Shown here: positions 54,803 through 64,000 of the stretch, piece by piece | How the letters are laid out: each line of letters opens with the position of its first letter | Position numbering within the stretch: position 1 is the stretch's first letter | NCBI GenBank assembly: GCA_044238145.1 | Contig: JBIIDT010000001.1 | Span: 15,172 to 79,171 of the forward strand | Source: Pirellulales bacterium | GTDB taxonomy: Bacteria; Planctomycetota; Planctomycetia; Pirellulales; UBA1268 | Direction: 5' to 3' | DNA length: 64,000 nt | The notes under the pieces: model-generated | The model's input: only the letters and a program-made list of their open reading frames with translations | What the model was told of the DNA's origin: nothing | Databases searched by the model: none | Made by a program: the position numbers and the translations under genes

Positions 54803-55825
54803 TCAGGCCGCGCGGCGGCCCGCCCGGACGATCCGCGACCGCAGGGTCGCCAGCCGCCGGAGCACGGTGCCGGCCGGGGCGGCGGTCCCGCTGAGCCGCA
54901 GCAGCGCGGGCACGTGTTCCAGGGCTCCGGCCGCCTGCTCCACGTCGCCACGGGCGAGCAGCCGCTCCGCGGCCCGGCAGGCCGAGGCGGCATGCCAGCG
55001 GGCGCTCGCCTGGGTCGTCCGGGTCCGCAGGCCCGCAGGCAGCGTCCGGGCTATGAGCTCGATCGCCCGCAGCACGTCGGGCCAGACCGCGCCGCTGGCT
55101 GCGAGCCGGGCGGACTCGTTGTGCGGATGACGGCGGTAGACGGCCAGCGGCTGCGGCTCGTACCACACCGGGTGGTTGGCCGCGACCCGCACCCACATCT
55201 CCCAATCGAGCGTCTGCAGCAGGTCGCCACGGTAGCCGCCGAGCGTCTCGTAGACCGTGCGACGGACGACGGCGGCGGGCGTCTGGATCCGCTGCCGCTC
55301 GGCGATCCGCGGCAGCCAGTTCGCCATCAGGCCGGGCATCCAGCGGAGGCGGGACGACGACTTGATCGGCCGGCCGTCGCCATCGACGATCCGGCTCCTG
55401 CAGAAGGCCATGCCCGCCTGCGGAGCGGCATGGAAGCCGCGGTCGATCGCGGCGTAGAAGCCGGGCAGCACGTAGTCGTCCTGGTGCAGCAGGTGCACGA
55501 GGTCGCCGCGGGCCAGGGTGATGGCCCGGTTCCAGTTGCCCGCCAGTCCGAGCCGGTCGGGAAACTCGAACAGTTCGACGCGGCCCTCCGGATCGACCGA
55601 GCGCACGAGTTCGCGGGCCACGCCGGGCCTGGAGCCGTCGTCGACGATGGCGATCTGCATGTCCTCCGGCGGCAGCGCTTGCGCCAGGACCGATCGCACC
55701 GCCTCGCGCAGTTTCGCGTCGGGATCGAACGTGGGCAGCACCACCGAAAACCGCGGCCGCTCGCCACCCGGACGCACCGGGATCCTGGCGGCATCGGCGG
55801 CGGTGGAGTCGTAGATTCGAAGCAT
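54803..55825 (-). CDS. Glycosyltransferase family 2
   Basis: FSVVLPTFDP......AV.SVL.Q......I.IVDDGS and HLLHQDDY (DXD-like) fit a GT-A fold. There is a helical C-terminal region. Confidence 0.75.
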   Translation of the reverse strand: MLRIYDSTAADAARIPVRPGGERPRFSVVLPTFDPDAKLREAVRSVLAQALPPEDMQIAIVDDGSRPGVARELVRSVDPEGRVELFEFPDRLGLAGNWNRAITLARGDLVHLLHQDDYVLPGFYAAIDRGFHAAPQAGMAFCRSRIVDGDGRPIKSSSRLRWMPGLMANWLPRIAERQRIQTPAAVVRRTVYETLGGYRGDLLQTLDWEMWVRVAANHPVWYEPQPLAVYRRHPHNESARLAASGAVWPDVLRAIELIARTLPAGLRTRTTQASARWHAASACRAAERLLARGDVEQAAGALEHVPALLRLSGTAAPAGTVLRRLATLRSRIVRAGRRAA

Positions 55826-55992
55826 GGCGGGGCGGAGACGCGCTGGTCCTGGCCGGGGAAATAGCAGGCGGGCCCAGCCCGCCGCCAGCCCGCCTCACCC
55901 GCCATGTTTGCCCCGTCTCTCCCCAGCCCCCCAACCCCGCACGAGGGCGGCCCGTTCCCGCGGGGGCCGTGGATGGCGCCCCGCAGTGCGGC

Positions 55993-56760
55993 TCAAAAGT
56001 TGCCCACGTTGAAGTTCACATAGGCCCCGAACGGCCCCACGCCCACGCTCATGCCCGAGCCCTTGGCGTCGGCGAACGGGGGCTGGCCGCCGCCCTGGCT
56101 GCTGCTGCGATAGGGCGACATCGACACGCCGCCCGACTGCATCCGCGCCGCGGCGGCGTTGGAGGCGGCGGCCGTCGCCTGCCGGGCCGCGGCCGCCTGG
56201 TCGACGAGCTGTCGGCGGCCCTGGTCGAAGGCCTGCTGTTGACGCTGCAGCGTGGCCCGCCGCTGCTCGATCCGTTGGATCTCCTGCTGCAGCTGGCCCG
56301 AGTTCATCGTGACTACGTCGGGAACGTCCTTGAGCACCTCGGCCCGCTTCTGGTCCGACATCACCGAGAGGTACTGGCCGACCCAGTTGCGGGCCTCCTT
56401 GGCCTCCGGCGTGTCGAGGATCTTGAACTTGGCGTCGAGGTCGTCGAGCAGGTAGTCGAGATCGTAGGACGACATCCCGGCGACGCGGCGGTTGAAGTTG
56501 GACTTGATCTGCCGCACCTCCTCGGGCGTGTAGATCTCCTGGGACGAGAGCCACTCGCCGAGCTCGAAGATCGCCCGCCGCCATCGCTCGCTGTTCATGA
56601 TCTCCGCCTTGCGGGCGATGTCGCCCGGGTCGGCGGCATCCGCCGCCGGCGCCGGCGCCGGGCGGGCCGGCGGCTCCGCGGCGGAAGCCCACGGGCAGAG
56701 CCAGGCCAGGGCGAGGCCCGCGGCCAGCGGCAGGCGGGCGGTGGAGAAGCGCGGGTTCAC
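55993..56760 (-). CDS. Secreted hypothetical protein, coiled-coil/Gln-rich, Gly/Ser-rich tail ending ..NFNVGNF
   Basis: GTG at 56760 with GGGAGG upstream; overlaps the upstream stop (GTGA). Signal peptide VNPRFSTARLPLAAGLALAWLCPWASA. Contains QQEIQRIEQRRATLQRQQQAFDQGRRQL. Confidence 0.55.
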   Translation of the reverse strand: MNPRFSTARLPLAAGLALAWLCPWASAAEPPARPAPAPAADAADPGDIARKAEIMNSERWRRAIFELGEWLSSQEIYTPEEVRQIKSNFNRRVAGMSSYDLDYLLDDLDAKFKILDTPEAKEARNWVGQYLSVMSDQKRAEVLKDVPDVVTMNSGQLQQEIQRIEQRRATLQRQQQAFDQGRRQLVDQAAAARQATAAASNAAAARMQSGGVSMSPYRSSSQGGGQPPFADAKGSGMSVGVGPFGAYVNFNVGNF

Positions 56761-57710
56761 GGTTTTCCTCCCTTGCGGATCATCTGCAGGTTGAGCGGCG
56801 GTGCGTGTTCGCCGCCGACGTGGGTGGGCAGCGACCGCCACGAGCAGCGGTCCCTGCCGTCGAAGGTGTAGACGTTGAGCGAGGCCGTCCGCGTGCCGTC
56901 GGGCAGCACGCCCGTCGTGCGGGCGACCCACGAATCGCCGTCGCGGCTCCAGACCGCCTCGCCGTGGCCGCCGTCGGAACTGAAGACCCAGGAGCGGATC
57001 TGGCGGGACAGCGGGTCCCAGCCGATCCGCTGCGTGACGTGCAGCGCGGCCGAGTCGTCGGCCGACCCCGGGGCGGCGATCTTCACGTCGCGGAGCAGGA
57101 ACGTGCGGTTGGCATTCCATTGGACCTTCATCTCGATGGTCGGCTTCTGCGGCTCGGCCGCTGCGGCGCCGGCCTTGCCCGCGCGGTCGTCGACGACGAC
57201 CCAGTCACCGACCATCCAGTCGAGGTCTTCGAGTCTCTCCGTGGCCGCCTCGGCGTCGAGGCGATCCTCCCGCAGCGCGGCGAGCTTCCAGCCGTCCGGC
57301 TCCCGCACCCAGGTCGCTGCGAACCGGCCCTGCAGCGGCCGCGTGAGGCCAGGCACCACGACCTCCACCGTCCCGTCCTCGAGGGCCACGTCGGCGGTCA
57401 GGAACCGGAGACTCGTGTCGTTGATGCGGAACGAGGGCTGGACGGCGTCGGCGGCCGGTTTGCTCGTGGCGGCCACCGTCTTGCGGCCCTCGAGCACGTT
57501 CCCCTGCTCGTCCACGATGTCGCCGTCGGCGGTCCAGAGCGCGGCGAGGGCCTGGCCGTCACCGCGGTCGAGCGCCTCGCGGTAGCGGCGCGAGGCGGCC
57601 CGCACTCCCGCCTCGTCCCGCGCCGGCTGTTCGGCGGTCGCGGCGGCGGCGAGGCACAGTCCGGCGACGAGGGCCGGAACGACGGCGATCGGGCGGGGCG
57701 AAGCGGGCAT
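56757..57710 (-). CDS. Secreted protein with two SnoaL/DUF4440-like (NTF2-fold) domains
   Basis: In-frame start MPASPRPIAVVPALVAGLCLAAAATA at 57710. AASRRYREALDRGDGQALAALWTADGD..G....GR and ..G.F...W.R..DGWK.AA.R are typical of SgcJ/EcaC or DUF4440 proteins. The second half is similar. Confidence 0.55.
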   Translation of the reverse strand: MPASPRPIAVVPALVAGLCLAAAATAEQPARDEAGVRAASRRYREALDRGDGQALAALWTADGDIVDEQGNVLEGRKTVAATSKPAADAVQPSFRINDTSLRFLTADVALEDGTVEVVVPGLTRPLQGRFAATWVREPDGWKLAALREDRLDAEAATERLEDLDWMVGDWVVVDDRAGKAGAAAAEPQKPTIEMKVQWNANRTFLLRDVKIAAPGSADDSAALHVTQRIGWDPLSRQIRSWVFSSDGGHGEAVWSRDGDSWVARTTGVLPDGTRTASLNVYTFDGRDRCSWRSLPTHVGGEHAPPLNLQMIRKGGKP

Positions 57711-57825
57711 CGGAACCTCGAACGGCGGAAGAGATCGCGGTACGTTGAGACGCTCCATCGTACCACGGCCCGGGCGTCGTTCAGCGCCCCGGGAAAGGCC
57801 CGCGGCCGTTTGGTAGGGTGTTCGC

Positions 57826-59034
57826 ATGTCCGACACCGCCGCCACGCTCGCCGACCTGGTCCGCCGCCCCAGTGTCAACCCGATGGGCCGCGACGTCTCG
57901 GGGCCGGAGTACCTCGAGGGCCGCATCACCGACTACCTCGTGCAGCGGTTCACGGCGGCCGACATCCCCTGGGCCCGCCAGGCGGTGGCGCCAGGCCGCG
58001 ACAACGTCGTGGCCCGGCTGGAAGGGACGGTTCCCGGCGCGCCGGTGCTGCTGTGGGATGCGCATCAGGACACCGTGCCGGCCGAAGGGATGACGGTCGA
58101 GCCGTTCACGCCGTTGGTCCGCGAAGGCCGGCTCTACGGCCGCGGGTCCTGCGACGTCAAAGGGGGCATGGCGGCGATGCTCGTGGCCCTTGACCGGTTG
58201 CGGGCCTCCGCCCTGCCGCGCCGCGCGACCGTCGTCTTCGCGGCGACCATCAACGAGGAGTTCGGGTTCACCGGCGCCCGGGCCTTGGCCCGGCTGTGGG
58301 GCACCGCGGCCGCCACGGCCGTCGACGGGCCGGCCCAGGCCCTGCTGGCGGCGCGGCCGGTCGCGGCGATCGTGGCCGAACCGACCGGCCTCGACCTGGT
58401 GATGCAGCACAAGGGGGCGGTCCGCTGGCGGATCCGCGTCCGCGGCCGGGCCTGCCACAGCGCGTTCCCGGAGCAGGGCGTGAATGCGATCTATCCGGCC
58501 GGCCGCGCGATCCTGGCGCTCGAGCAACTCGCCGCGGAACTGCTGCACCGGCACGCCGACCATCCCTGCGGCGCCCCCACGCTCAACCTGGGCACGATCC
58601 GCGGCGGTGCGGGCGTGAACCTGGTGCCCGATCTCACCGTGCTCGAGGTGGAGCGCCGCGTCGTGCCCGGTGAGTCGCCGGTAGCGGCCCGCGACGAGGT
58701 GATTGCCCGCGTCGCCGCCGCCTGCGGCGCGGCGGACGTGGAGCACGACCCGCCCTTCCTCGAGAGCGCCGGGCTCCCCGACGCGGCTGCCGACCCGACC
58801 GCCGCCCCGTGGATCGACGCCCTCGCCGCGGCGGCCCGCGCCGGGGGGGCGGCCGCCCGCCGCACCGCCGCCCGCTACGGCACCAATGCCAGCGTGTTCG
58901 CCGAGGCGGGCGTGCCGAGCGTGGTCTTCGGCCCCGGCTCGATCGCCCAGGCCCACACCGCCGACGAGTGGATCGAACTGGCCCAGGTCGACGCGGCCGC
59001 GGCCGCCCTGGCGGCGGCCGTCACGGCCGGCTGA
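57826..59034 (+). CDS. M20-family metallopeptidase (ArgE/DapE-type deacylase)
   Basis: 402 aa. Motifs L..HQDTVP, GRGSCD.KGG, EE.G..G, H...E. Confidence 0.75.
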   Translation: MSDTAATLADLVRRPSVNPMGRDVSGPEYLEGRITDYLVQRFTAADIPWARQAVAPGRDNVVARLEGTVPGAPVLLWDAHQDTVPAEGMTVEPFTPLVREGRLYGRGSCDVKGGMAAMLVALDRLRASALPRRATVVFAATINEEFGFTGARALARLWGTAAATAVDGPAQALLAARPVAAIVAEPTGLDLVMQHKGAVRWRIRVRGRACHSAFPEQGVNAIYPAGRAILALEQLAAELLHRHADHPCGAPTLNLGTIRGGAGVNLVPDLTVLEVERRVVPGESPVAARDEVIARVAAACGAADVEHDPPFLESAGLPDAAADPTAAPWIDALAAAARAGGAAARRTAARYGTNASVFAEAGVPSVVFGPGSIAQAHTADEWIELAQVDAAAAALAAAVTAG

Positions 59035-59081
59035 CTGGTACAACATCGCCACCCGAGTTCACCCCCGCAGGAGCGTGCAGC

Positions 59082-60302
59082 ATGGCAGGCAGGATCAAGG
59101 TCAAGGGCCCGGTCGTCGACCTCGACGGCGACGAGATGACGCGGATCATCTGGCAGTTCATCAAGGACAAGCTGATCCTGCCCTACCTCGACCTCGAGAT
59201 CCGCTATTACGACCTCTCGATCCAGAACCGCGACGCCACGGCCGACCAGGTGACCGTCGACGCGGCCAACGCGATCAAGGCATGCGGCGTGGGCGTGAAG
59301 TGCGCCACGATCACCCCTGACGAGGCCCGCGTGCAGGAGTTCGGACTCAAGAGCATGTGGAAGAGCCCCAACGGCACGATTCGCAACATCTTGGGCGGCG
59401 TGATCTTCCGCGAGCCGATCATCATCAGGAACATCCCCCGGCTCGTGCCCGGCTGGACGAAGCCGATCGTCGTCGGCCGTCACGCCTTCGGCGACCAGTA
59501 CCGGGCCACCGACACGAAGATCCCGGGCCCGGGCACGCTCACACTGACCTTCACACCGGCCGACGGCTCGCAGCCGATGGAGTTCCAGGTCTTCGACTTC
59601 CCCGGCCCCGGCGTCGCGATGGCCATGTACAACCTCGACGACTCGATCCGCGACTTCGCCCGGGCCAGCTTCCGCTACGGGCTGGCGCGGAGTTACCCCG
59701 TGTATCTGTCCACGAAGAACACGATCCTCAAGAAGTACGACGGCCGCTTCAAGGACATCTTCCAGGAGATCTTCGACGCCGAGTTCAAGGCAGAGTTCAC
59801 CGCGAAGGGCCTGACCTACGAGCACCGGCTGATCGACGACATGGTGGCCAGTGCGCTCAAGTGGGAGGGGGGCTACGTCTGGGCCTGCAAGAACTACGAC
59901 GGCGACGTGCAGAGCGACATCGTGGCCCAGGGCTTCGGTTCCCTGGGGTTGATGACGAGCGTGCTGATGACGCCGGACGGCAAGACCGTCGAGGCCGAAG
60001 CGGCCCACGGCACGGTGACGCGGCACTACCGCCAGCACCAGCAGGGCAAGCCGACGAGCACCAATCCGATCGCCTCGATTTTCGCCTGGACCCGCGGGCT
60101 CGCCCACCGCGGCAAACTCGACGGCACGCCCGAGGTGACCCGGTTCGCCGACACGCTGGAGAAGGTGTGCATCGAGACGGTCGAGGCCGGGAAGATGACG
60201 AAGGATCTGGCGATCCTCATCGGCCCGAGCCAGCCGCACCTCACCACGCAGGACTTCCTGGCGGCGATCGACGCGAACCTCGTCAAGGCGATGCAGGCCT
60301 GA
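59082..60302 (+). CDS. icd: NADP-dependent isocitrate dehydrogenase (eukaryote-like homodimeric type)
   Basis: In-frame ATG at 59082. Sequence [21 protein letters not shown]......YDL....RD.T.D.VT..AA.A......[36 protein letters not shown], ..[18 protein letters not shown]. 406 aa. Confidence 0.95.
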   Translation: MAGRIKVKGPVVDLDGDEMTRIIWQFIKDKLILPYLDLEIRYYDLSIQNRDATADQVTVDAANAIKACGVGVKCATITPDEARVQEFGLKSMWKSPNGTIRNILGGVIFREPIIIRNIPRLVPGWTKPIVVGRHAFGDQYRATDTKIPGPGTLTLTFTPADGSQPMEFQVFDFPGPGVAMAMYNLDDSIRDFARASFRYGLARSYPVYLSTKNTILKKYDGRFKDIFQEIFDAEFKAEFTAKGLTYEHRLIDDMVASALKWEGGYVWACKNYDGDVQSDIVAQGFGSLGLMTSVLMTPDGKTVEAEAAHGTVTRHYRQHQQGKPTSTNPIASIFAWTRGLAHRGKLDGTPEVTRFADTLEKVCIETVEAGKMTKDLAILIGPSQPHLTTQDFLAAIDANLVKAMQA

Positions 60303-60314
60303 CGCGGGTGGCGG

Positions 60315-62192
60315 TCACTGCAAGCCCCAGGCCTTCAGCACCTCGAGGACGAGGATGATCGCCACGCCCATCAGGCTCTCGCCGGCGATCAGGCCGCTCG
60401 ACACGGGAACCGTGTAGGTGTCGGCGAGTTTCGGGCGGGCCTTGGCGAACGCCCAGGCGGCGAGGGCCCCGGCGAACATCGCGAACGAATTGAAGGCGGG
60501 AATCACGCCGGCGATGCCCAGGCCCGTGGTCGAGGGGAGCCAGGGCCGCCACCGCTTCGGCCCGAACTCCTCGAGCAGCGTGAGCACGATGCCGAGCGCC
60601 GCACCGACCGCGATCGCCTCGACCGCCCCGTCCGGCAGGGCGTCGATGCCCTTGGCGAGCAACTCCGCCACGCCCGCCCAGACCTTCGCCGACGGCGCCG
60701 GCAGCTCCGCGGTGCCGAGCCGCTCCGGATCCCGCTGCACGACGAACAGATACGCCGGCACCGACACGAGCGTGCCGGCGATCACGCCGAAGAGTTGCGA
60801 GATCGTCTGCTTGCGGGGATTGCCGCCGAGGAGGTAGCCGCTCTTGAGGTCGGTGAGCAGGTCGGCGGCGTGCGAGGCGGCGCCGGAGGTGATCGAGGCG
60901 GTCATCAGGTTCGTGGTGATGTTCTGCGGGGCCACCACGCCGTACATGAGCTGCGTGATCTTGCCCATGGCGCCGATCGGCGTGATGTCGGTTTCCCCGG
61001 TGGCGCGGGCCGCCACGATGGAGAGGAAGAACGTGACGAGCACGGCGAGGATGCCCATCCACCAGGTGATGTCGAATAGCCAGTGGCCGAGGATCACGCA
61101 GGCGGTGCCCGCCGTGAGCGTGCCCGCCACGAACCAGCTCGACGGCACCTCGACGCGGGCGAGCGGATCGTCGTGGTTGGCGGCCGCGGCACCGCCGACG
61201 AGTCGGCCGAGGCCGCCGAAGGCCCGCAGCACCGTCCGCCACTTGAGCCCGAAGGCGAGCAGGCCCGAGGCAACCATCATCGCGGTCGAGGGCCAGAGCA
61301 CCCAGGACACGATGCCGCGGTAGCCCGGCTGGGCGATCCCCCGCTCCACGAGGATCGGCCCGATGACACCGTAAAAAATGATCGATCCCACGAGCATCGA
61401 GGCGGCGACGCGCAGCCCCATGATCGCGCCGGCGGCCACCATGATCAGCGAGCCCTCGATGCCGATCGTGAACTGGGCGAGCAGCTCGCGGGCGATGCCG
61501 CCGGGCCCGAACGGGATCTCGGCGGGGATCGCCCAGCCGGCGATCGCCTTGATGCCACCGACCAGATCCCGCCAGATGGCGACCACGGCCCCGAGCACGG
61601 CCGACCCAAAGAGCGCGCGGGCCTTGACGACTGCCTCGCCACCCGCGCCGTGCATGCTGGCAAGCGTCTCGGCGGTGGCGATGCCGGAGGGGAAGGGGAG
61701 CTGGTCGATGTTAATCAGCTGCCGCTTGAGCGGGATCGCCATGAAGACGCCGAGCATCGAGAGGGCGGCGAGCCAGAGGCCGATCTCCCACCACTCGAGC
61801 AGCCGGCCGGTGGTCATGAAGAGCGCGGGGATCGCCGACACGAGACCGGCGCTCGACATGTAGCCGGCGGCGCTGGCGGCGCTCGACATGGTGTAGTTCT
61901 CGAGCGTGGAGAAGGGCCGCGTGCGGTAGGCCGGCACGACCTGCTCGAGAAACTTGAAGACCGCGTACGCGATGATGCAGGCGGTGATCGTCACGCCCAG
62001 GCCCCACCCGGTCTTGAGGCCGACGTACAGGTTCGAGACCGACATCAGGCCGCCGATCAGCATCCCGGTGACGACGGCCCGCGGCGTGAGCTGCACGGCG
62101 TCGTCGCCGGCGTACACGTTGTCGAGCCACCACCGTGCGGCCGCGCGGTCGTCGGTGAACGGGGCGTGCGGCGTGGGCGGGGATCCGGCCAT
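60315..62192 (-). CDS. OPT-family oligopeptide transporter
   Basis: 625 aa and highly hydrophobic (about 16 TM helices). The N-terminus QLTPRAVVTGMLIGGLMSVSNLYVGLKTGW is typical of the OPT superfamily. Confidence 0.8.
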   Translation of the reverse strand: MAGSPPTPHAPFTDDRAAARWWLDNVYAGDDAVQLTPRAVVTGMLIGGLMSVSNLYVGLKTGWGLGVTITACIIAYAVFKFLEQVVPAYRTRPFSTLENYTMSSAASAAGYMSSAGLVSAIPALFMTTGRLLEWWEIGLWLAALSMLGVFMAIPLKRQLINIDQLPFPSGIATAETLASMHGAGGEAVVKARALFGSAVLGAVVAIWRDLVGGIKAIAGWAIPAEIPFGPGGIARELLAQFTIGIEGSLIMVAAGAIMGLRVAASMLVGSIIFYGVIGPILVERGIAQPGYRGIVSWVLWPSTAMMVASGLLAFGLKWRTVLRAFGGLGRLVGGAAAANHDDPLARVEVPSSWFVAGTLTAGTACVILGHWLFDITWWMGILAVLVTFFLSIVAARATGETDITPIGAMGKITQLMYGVVAPQNITTNLMTASITSGAASHAADLLTDLKSGYLLGGNPRKQTISQLFGVIAGTLVSVPAYLFVVQRDPERLGTAELPAPSAKVWAGVAELLAKGIDALPDGAVEAIAVGAALGIVLTLLEEFGPKRWRPWLPSTTGLGIAGVIPAFNSFAMFAGALAAWAFAKARPKLADTYTVPVSSGLIAGESLMGVAIILVLEVLKAWGLQ

Positions 62193-62352
62193 GCCGTCAG
62201 GATAGCCAACGCGGGTGAATCGCTCATGAAATCGTCAAAAAAATCTCACGCGATTCGCATCGCGCGCTCATCTTCGGTCCGTATGTTCCTCGCTCCAGTT
62301 CTCCGGACGCAGTGCCGGAACTCCCACCCAGAGATCTGCAGGAGTGCCCGCC

Positions 62353-64000
62353 ATGATCCGCCGCCAGTTGCCGGCCTTGGTCGCTGTCCTCGTGATGTCC
62401 GCGGTGCAGGTGCCGTCGGCCATGGGCCAGCTTTCGTTCTGGAACGGCGTGTCACTGCCGTATGGCGGTGAAATCATCTCGTTCTCCAATGGCAGGCTGC
62501 TGGCGACGAACTCCGGAACGGCCGTCGGATTCCATGGCATCCAGGCCTACTCGCTCACCAGTTCCGGGTCGCTGACCGTCAGCGGCTCGTTCGACCTTTC
62601 CTCCGTGTTCGGCGGCGCGGCGAACATCGCCTCCATCTCGAGCGTGGTCGTCGACAGCCGAGGTTTCGGGATCGCATCGGTCATTCCGGTGGCTACCGGC
62701 TCGTCCGACTTCGGCCGCGTGGCCTTCTTCGATTCAACCACGGGAGCGGTCCTCAAGACGCTCGACGTCGGCTACCACCCCGACTCGGTGTCGATCACGC
62801 CCGATGGGACCAAGCTGCTCGTCGCCAACGAGGGCGAGTATGGCTCCACGACGGCCACGCCGGAGGCCGTGAACCGTGCCGGGTCGATGAGCGTCGTCGA
62901 TCTCACGAGCGTGGCGGGCGCAGGCGACGTCGCAGCGCTCACGTCGGCGAACGTCGCCACGTTCGACTTCACCGCCGCCAATCTGGCGTCCGGCGTCACG
63001 CTCGCCGGCGTCCGCAACGCCCGGCTCGACACGGCCGCGACCAAGAACCCCAATGCCGTGGACATCGAGCCCGAGTACATCGCCGCCACGAACGACAAGG
63101 CCTACCTGACGCTCCAGGAGAACAATGCGATCGCCGTTTTCGACTTCACGACCGGCAAGTACGAGGCGATCCACCAGTTGGGTTCGATCACGAAGCTGAT
63201 CGATGCCTCCGATCGGGAAGTATCGAGCACGGTGGGTTTGGCCCAGGTCAACGACACCGTCCGGGGCCTGCCGATGCCCGACACGATGGTGAGGTTCTCG
63301 CGCGGTGGCACGACGTACCTCGTCACCGCCAATGAAGGGGATGCCCGTCCGGATGACGGCGACACCATGCGGATCAACCAGGAGGGCGTCAGCGGAAGGC
63401 CGACGATCGACGCCACCGTGAAGACGACGCTCGACGGTCTGTACGGCGGCAACTTCAAGGCCGACGCCGCCCTCGGTCGACTGAACATCCTCAAGGATCA
63501 GGGTGACACCGACGCCGACGGCGACATCGACCAGCCGACGGCGCTCGGCACGCGGAGTTTTTCGATCTGGAATGCGTCGTCGGGCACGCTCGCCTTCGAC
63601 AGCGGGAGCATGATCGAGCAGTGGGTGGTGGCCAACGATCAGACGGCGTTCAATATCAACAGCGGCCTCACGAGCGAGTTCGACAAGCGTTCCGACGACA
63701 AGGGGCCGGAGCCCGAGGCGCTCGCGTTCGGTTCGATCGCCGGCCGCGACTACGTGTTCGTCGGGACCGAGCGGCAGAATGGCATCTTTCAATTCGACGT
63801 CACCGATTTCGCCAACGTGTCGATCGTTGGCTACTTCAACCCGGTGACCAGCAGCCTCGACAGCGGCGGCGCCTTCATCTCGCCGGAGTCGCTGCAGTTC
63901 ATCGCCGCCGGTGCGGCCGGCAATTCCACCGGGTTGGACTTGCTGGTCGCGGGCTTCGAAGGCACGGGCAGCAACGGGTCGATCGCCGTGTTCGCCGTTC
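62353..64000 (+). CDS. Secreted beta-propeller protein (choice-of-anchor I-like); C-terminus beyond the window
   Basis: Not on the ORF track (no stop in window). Manual translation from the ATG at 62353 gives MIRRQLPALVAVLVMSAVQVPSAMG (signal), then ..YHPDSVSITPDGTKLLVANEGE..VDIEPEYIA..AYLTLQENNAIAVFD..YLVTANEGDARPDD..DDKGPEPEALAF. No in-frame stop through 64000. Confidence 0.6.
   Translation, partial: MIRRQLPALVAVLVMSAVQVPSAMGQLSFWNGVSLPYGGEIISFSNGRLLATNSGTAVGFHGIQAYSLTSSGSLTVSGSFDLSSVFGGAANIASISSVVVDSRGFGIASVIPVATGSSDFGRVAFFDSTTGAVLKTLDVGYHPDSVSITPDGTKLLVANEGEYGSTTATPEAVNRAGSMSVVDLTSVAGAGDVAALTSANVATFDFTAANLASGVTLAGVRNARLDTAATKNPNAVDIEPEYIAATNDKAYLTLQENNAIAVFDFTTGKYEAIHQLGSITKLIDASDREVSSTVGLAQVNDTVRGLPMPDTMVRFSRGGTTYLVTANEGDARPDDGDTMRINQEGVSGRPTIDATVKTTLDGLYGGNFKADAALGRLNILKDQGDTDADGDIDQPTALGTRSFSIWNASSGTLAFDSGSMIEQWVVANDQTAFNINSGLTSEFDKRSDDKGPEPEALAFGSIAGRDYVFVGTERQNGIFQFDVTDFANVSIVGYFNPVTSSLDSGGAFISPESLQFIAAGAAGNSTGLDLLVAGFEGTGSNGSIAVFAV

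Noticed and set aside
53833-55934. 386-aa and 677-aa minus-strand ORFs, and 53919..55130 / 54767..55864 plus-strand ORFs, around rgpF/GT2
   Set aside because: These are composite or alternate frames. The internal start at 54776 and the 54803..55825 frame give recognisable RgpF-like and GT2 proteins.
62207-62300. Small ORF MKSSKKSHAIRIARSSSVRMF.. and the GAATCGC..GCGATTC inverted repeat in the OPT/propeller divergent spacer
   Set aside because: The ORF is the tail of a 462-aa antisense artefact and has no support. The inverted repeat has only 7-bp arms and a 28-nt spacer, too weak to call.
62734-63792. 352-aa minus-strand ORF
   Set aside because: It is antisense to the open plus-strand propeller gene. 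The product is V/G/R/D-rich without motifs.

Overview
A 64 kb, very GC-rich (roughly 70% by eye) stretch of bacterial chromosome, densely coding on both strands. I support about 50 CDS. I saw no rRNA, tRNA, CRISPR array, transposase or integrase. Gene content suggests Planctomycetota: a YTV-repeat secreted protein, ThuA, DUF4139, orphan GroES-like, sulfotransferases and many secreted hypotheticals. This taxonomic call is an inference only. Layout from left to right: (1) a secreted DNase I-like nuclease (partial), a HEAT-repeat protein, a MerR/TPR protein, ThuA and the YTV-repeat protein. (2) A cyanophycin locus, with an ABC transporter plus DUF1854 lying divergent from a cyanophycin synthetase that carries a C-terminal SET methyltransferase domain. 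This fusion is the most unusual item in the window. (3) mlaFED-like genes. (4) A GroES-like gene followed by a GHKL ATPase. (5) A sulfotransferase / double-GT4 glycosyltransferase / sulfotransferase island. (6) clpC, thiE, a TlpA-like redoxin, a CYTH protein, DUF4139, a lactonase, an MFS transporter, a YHS-like protein, lpxB, an M50 protease and an SGNH-like protein. (7) A complete 14-gene nuoA-N operon, translationally coupled throughout and ending in a coupled mrp/apbC gene. (8) rgpF plus GT2, two secreted proteins, an M20 peptidase, icd, an OPT transporter and a partial beta-propeller protein. A roughly 130-nt structured intergenic repeat occurs three times, and compensatory changes between copies preserve its stems. 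Two real genes touch the window edges and are missing from the supplied ORF track; I recovered them by manual translation. Many long Arg/Gly/Pro-rich ORFs on the track are alternate-frame or antisense artefacts of the high GC content.
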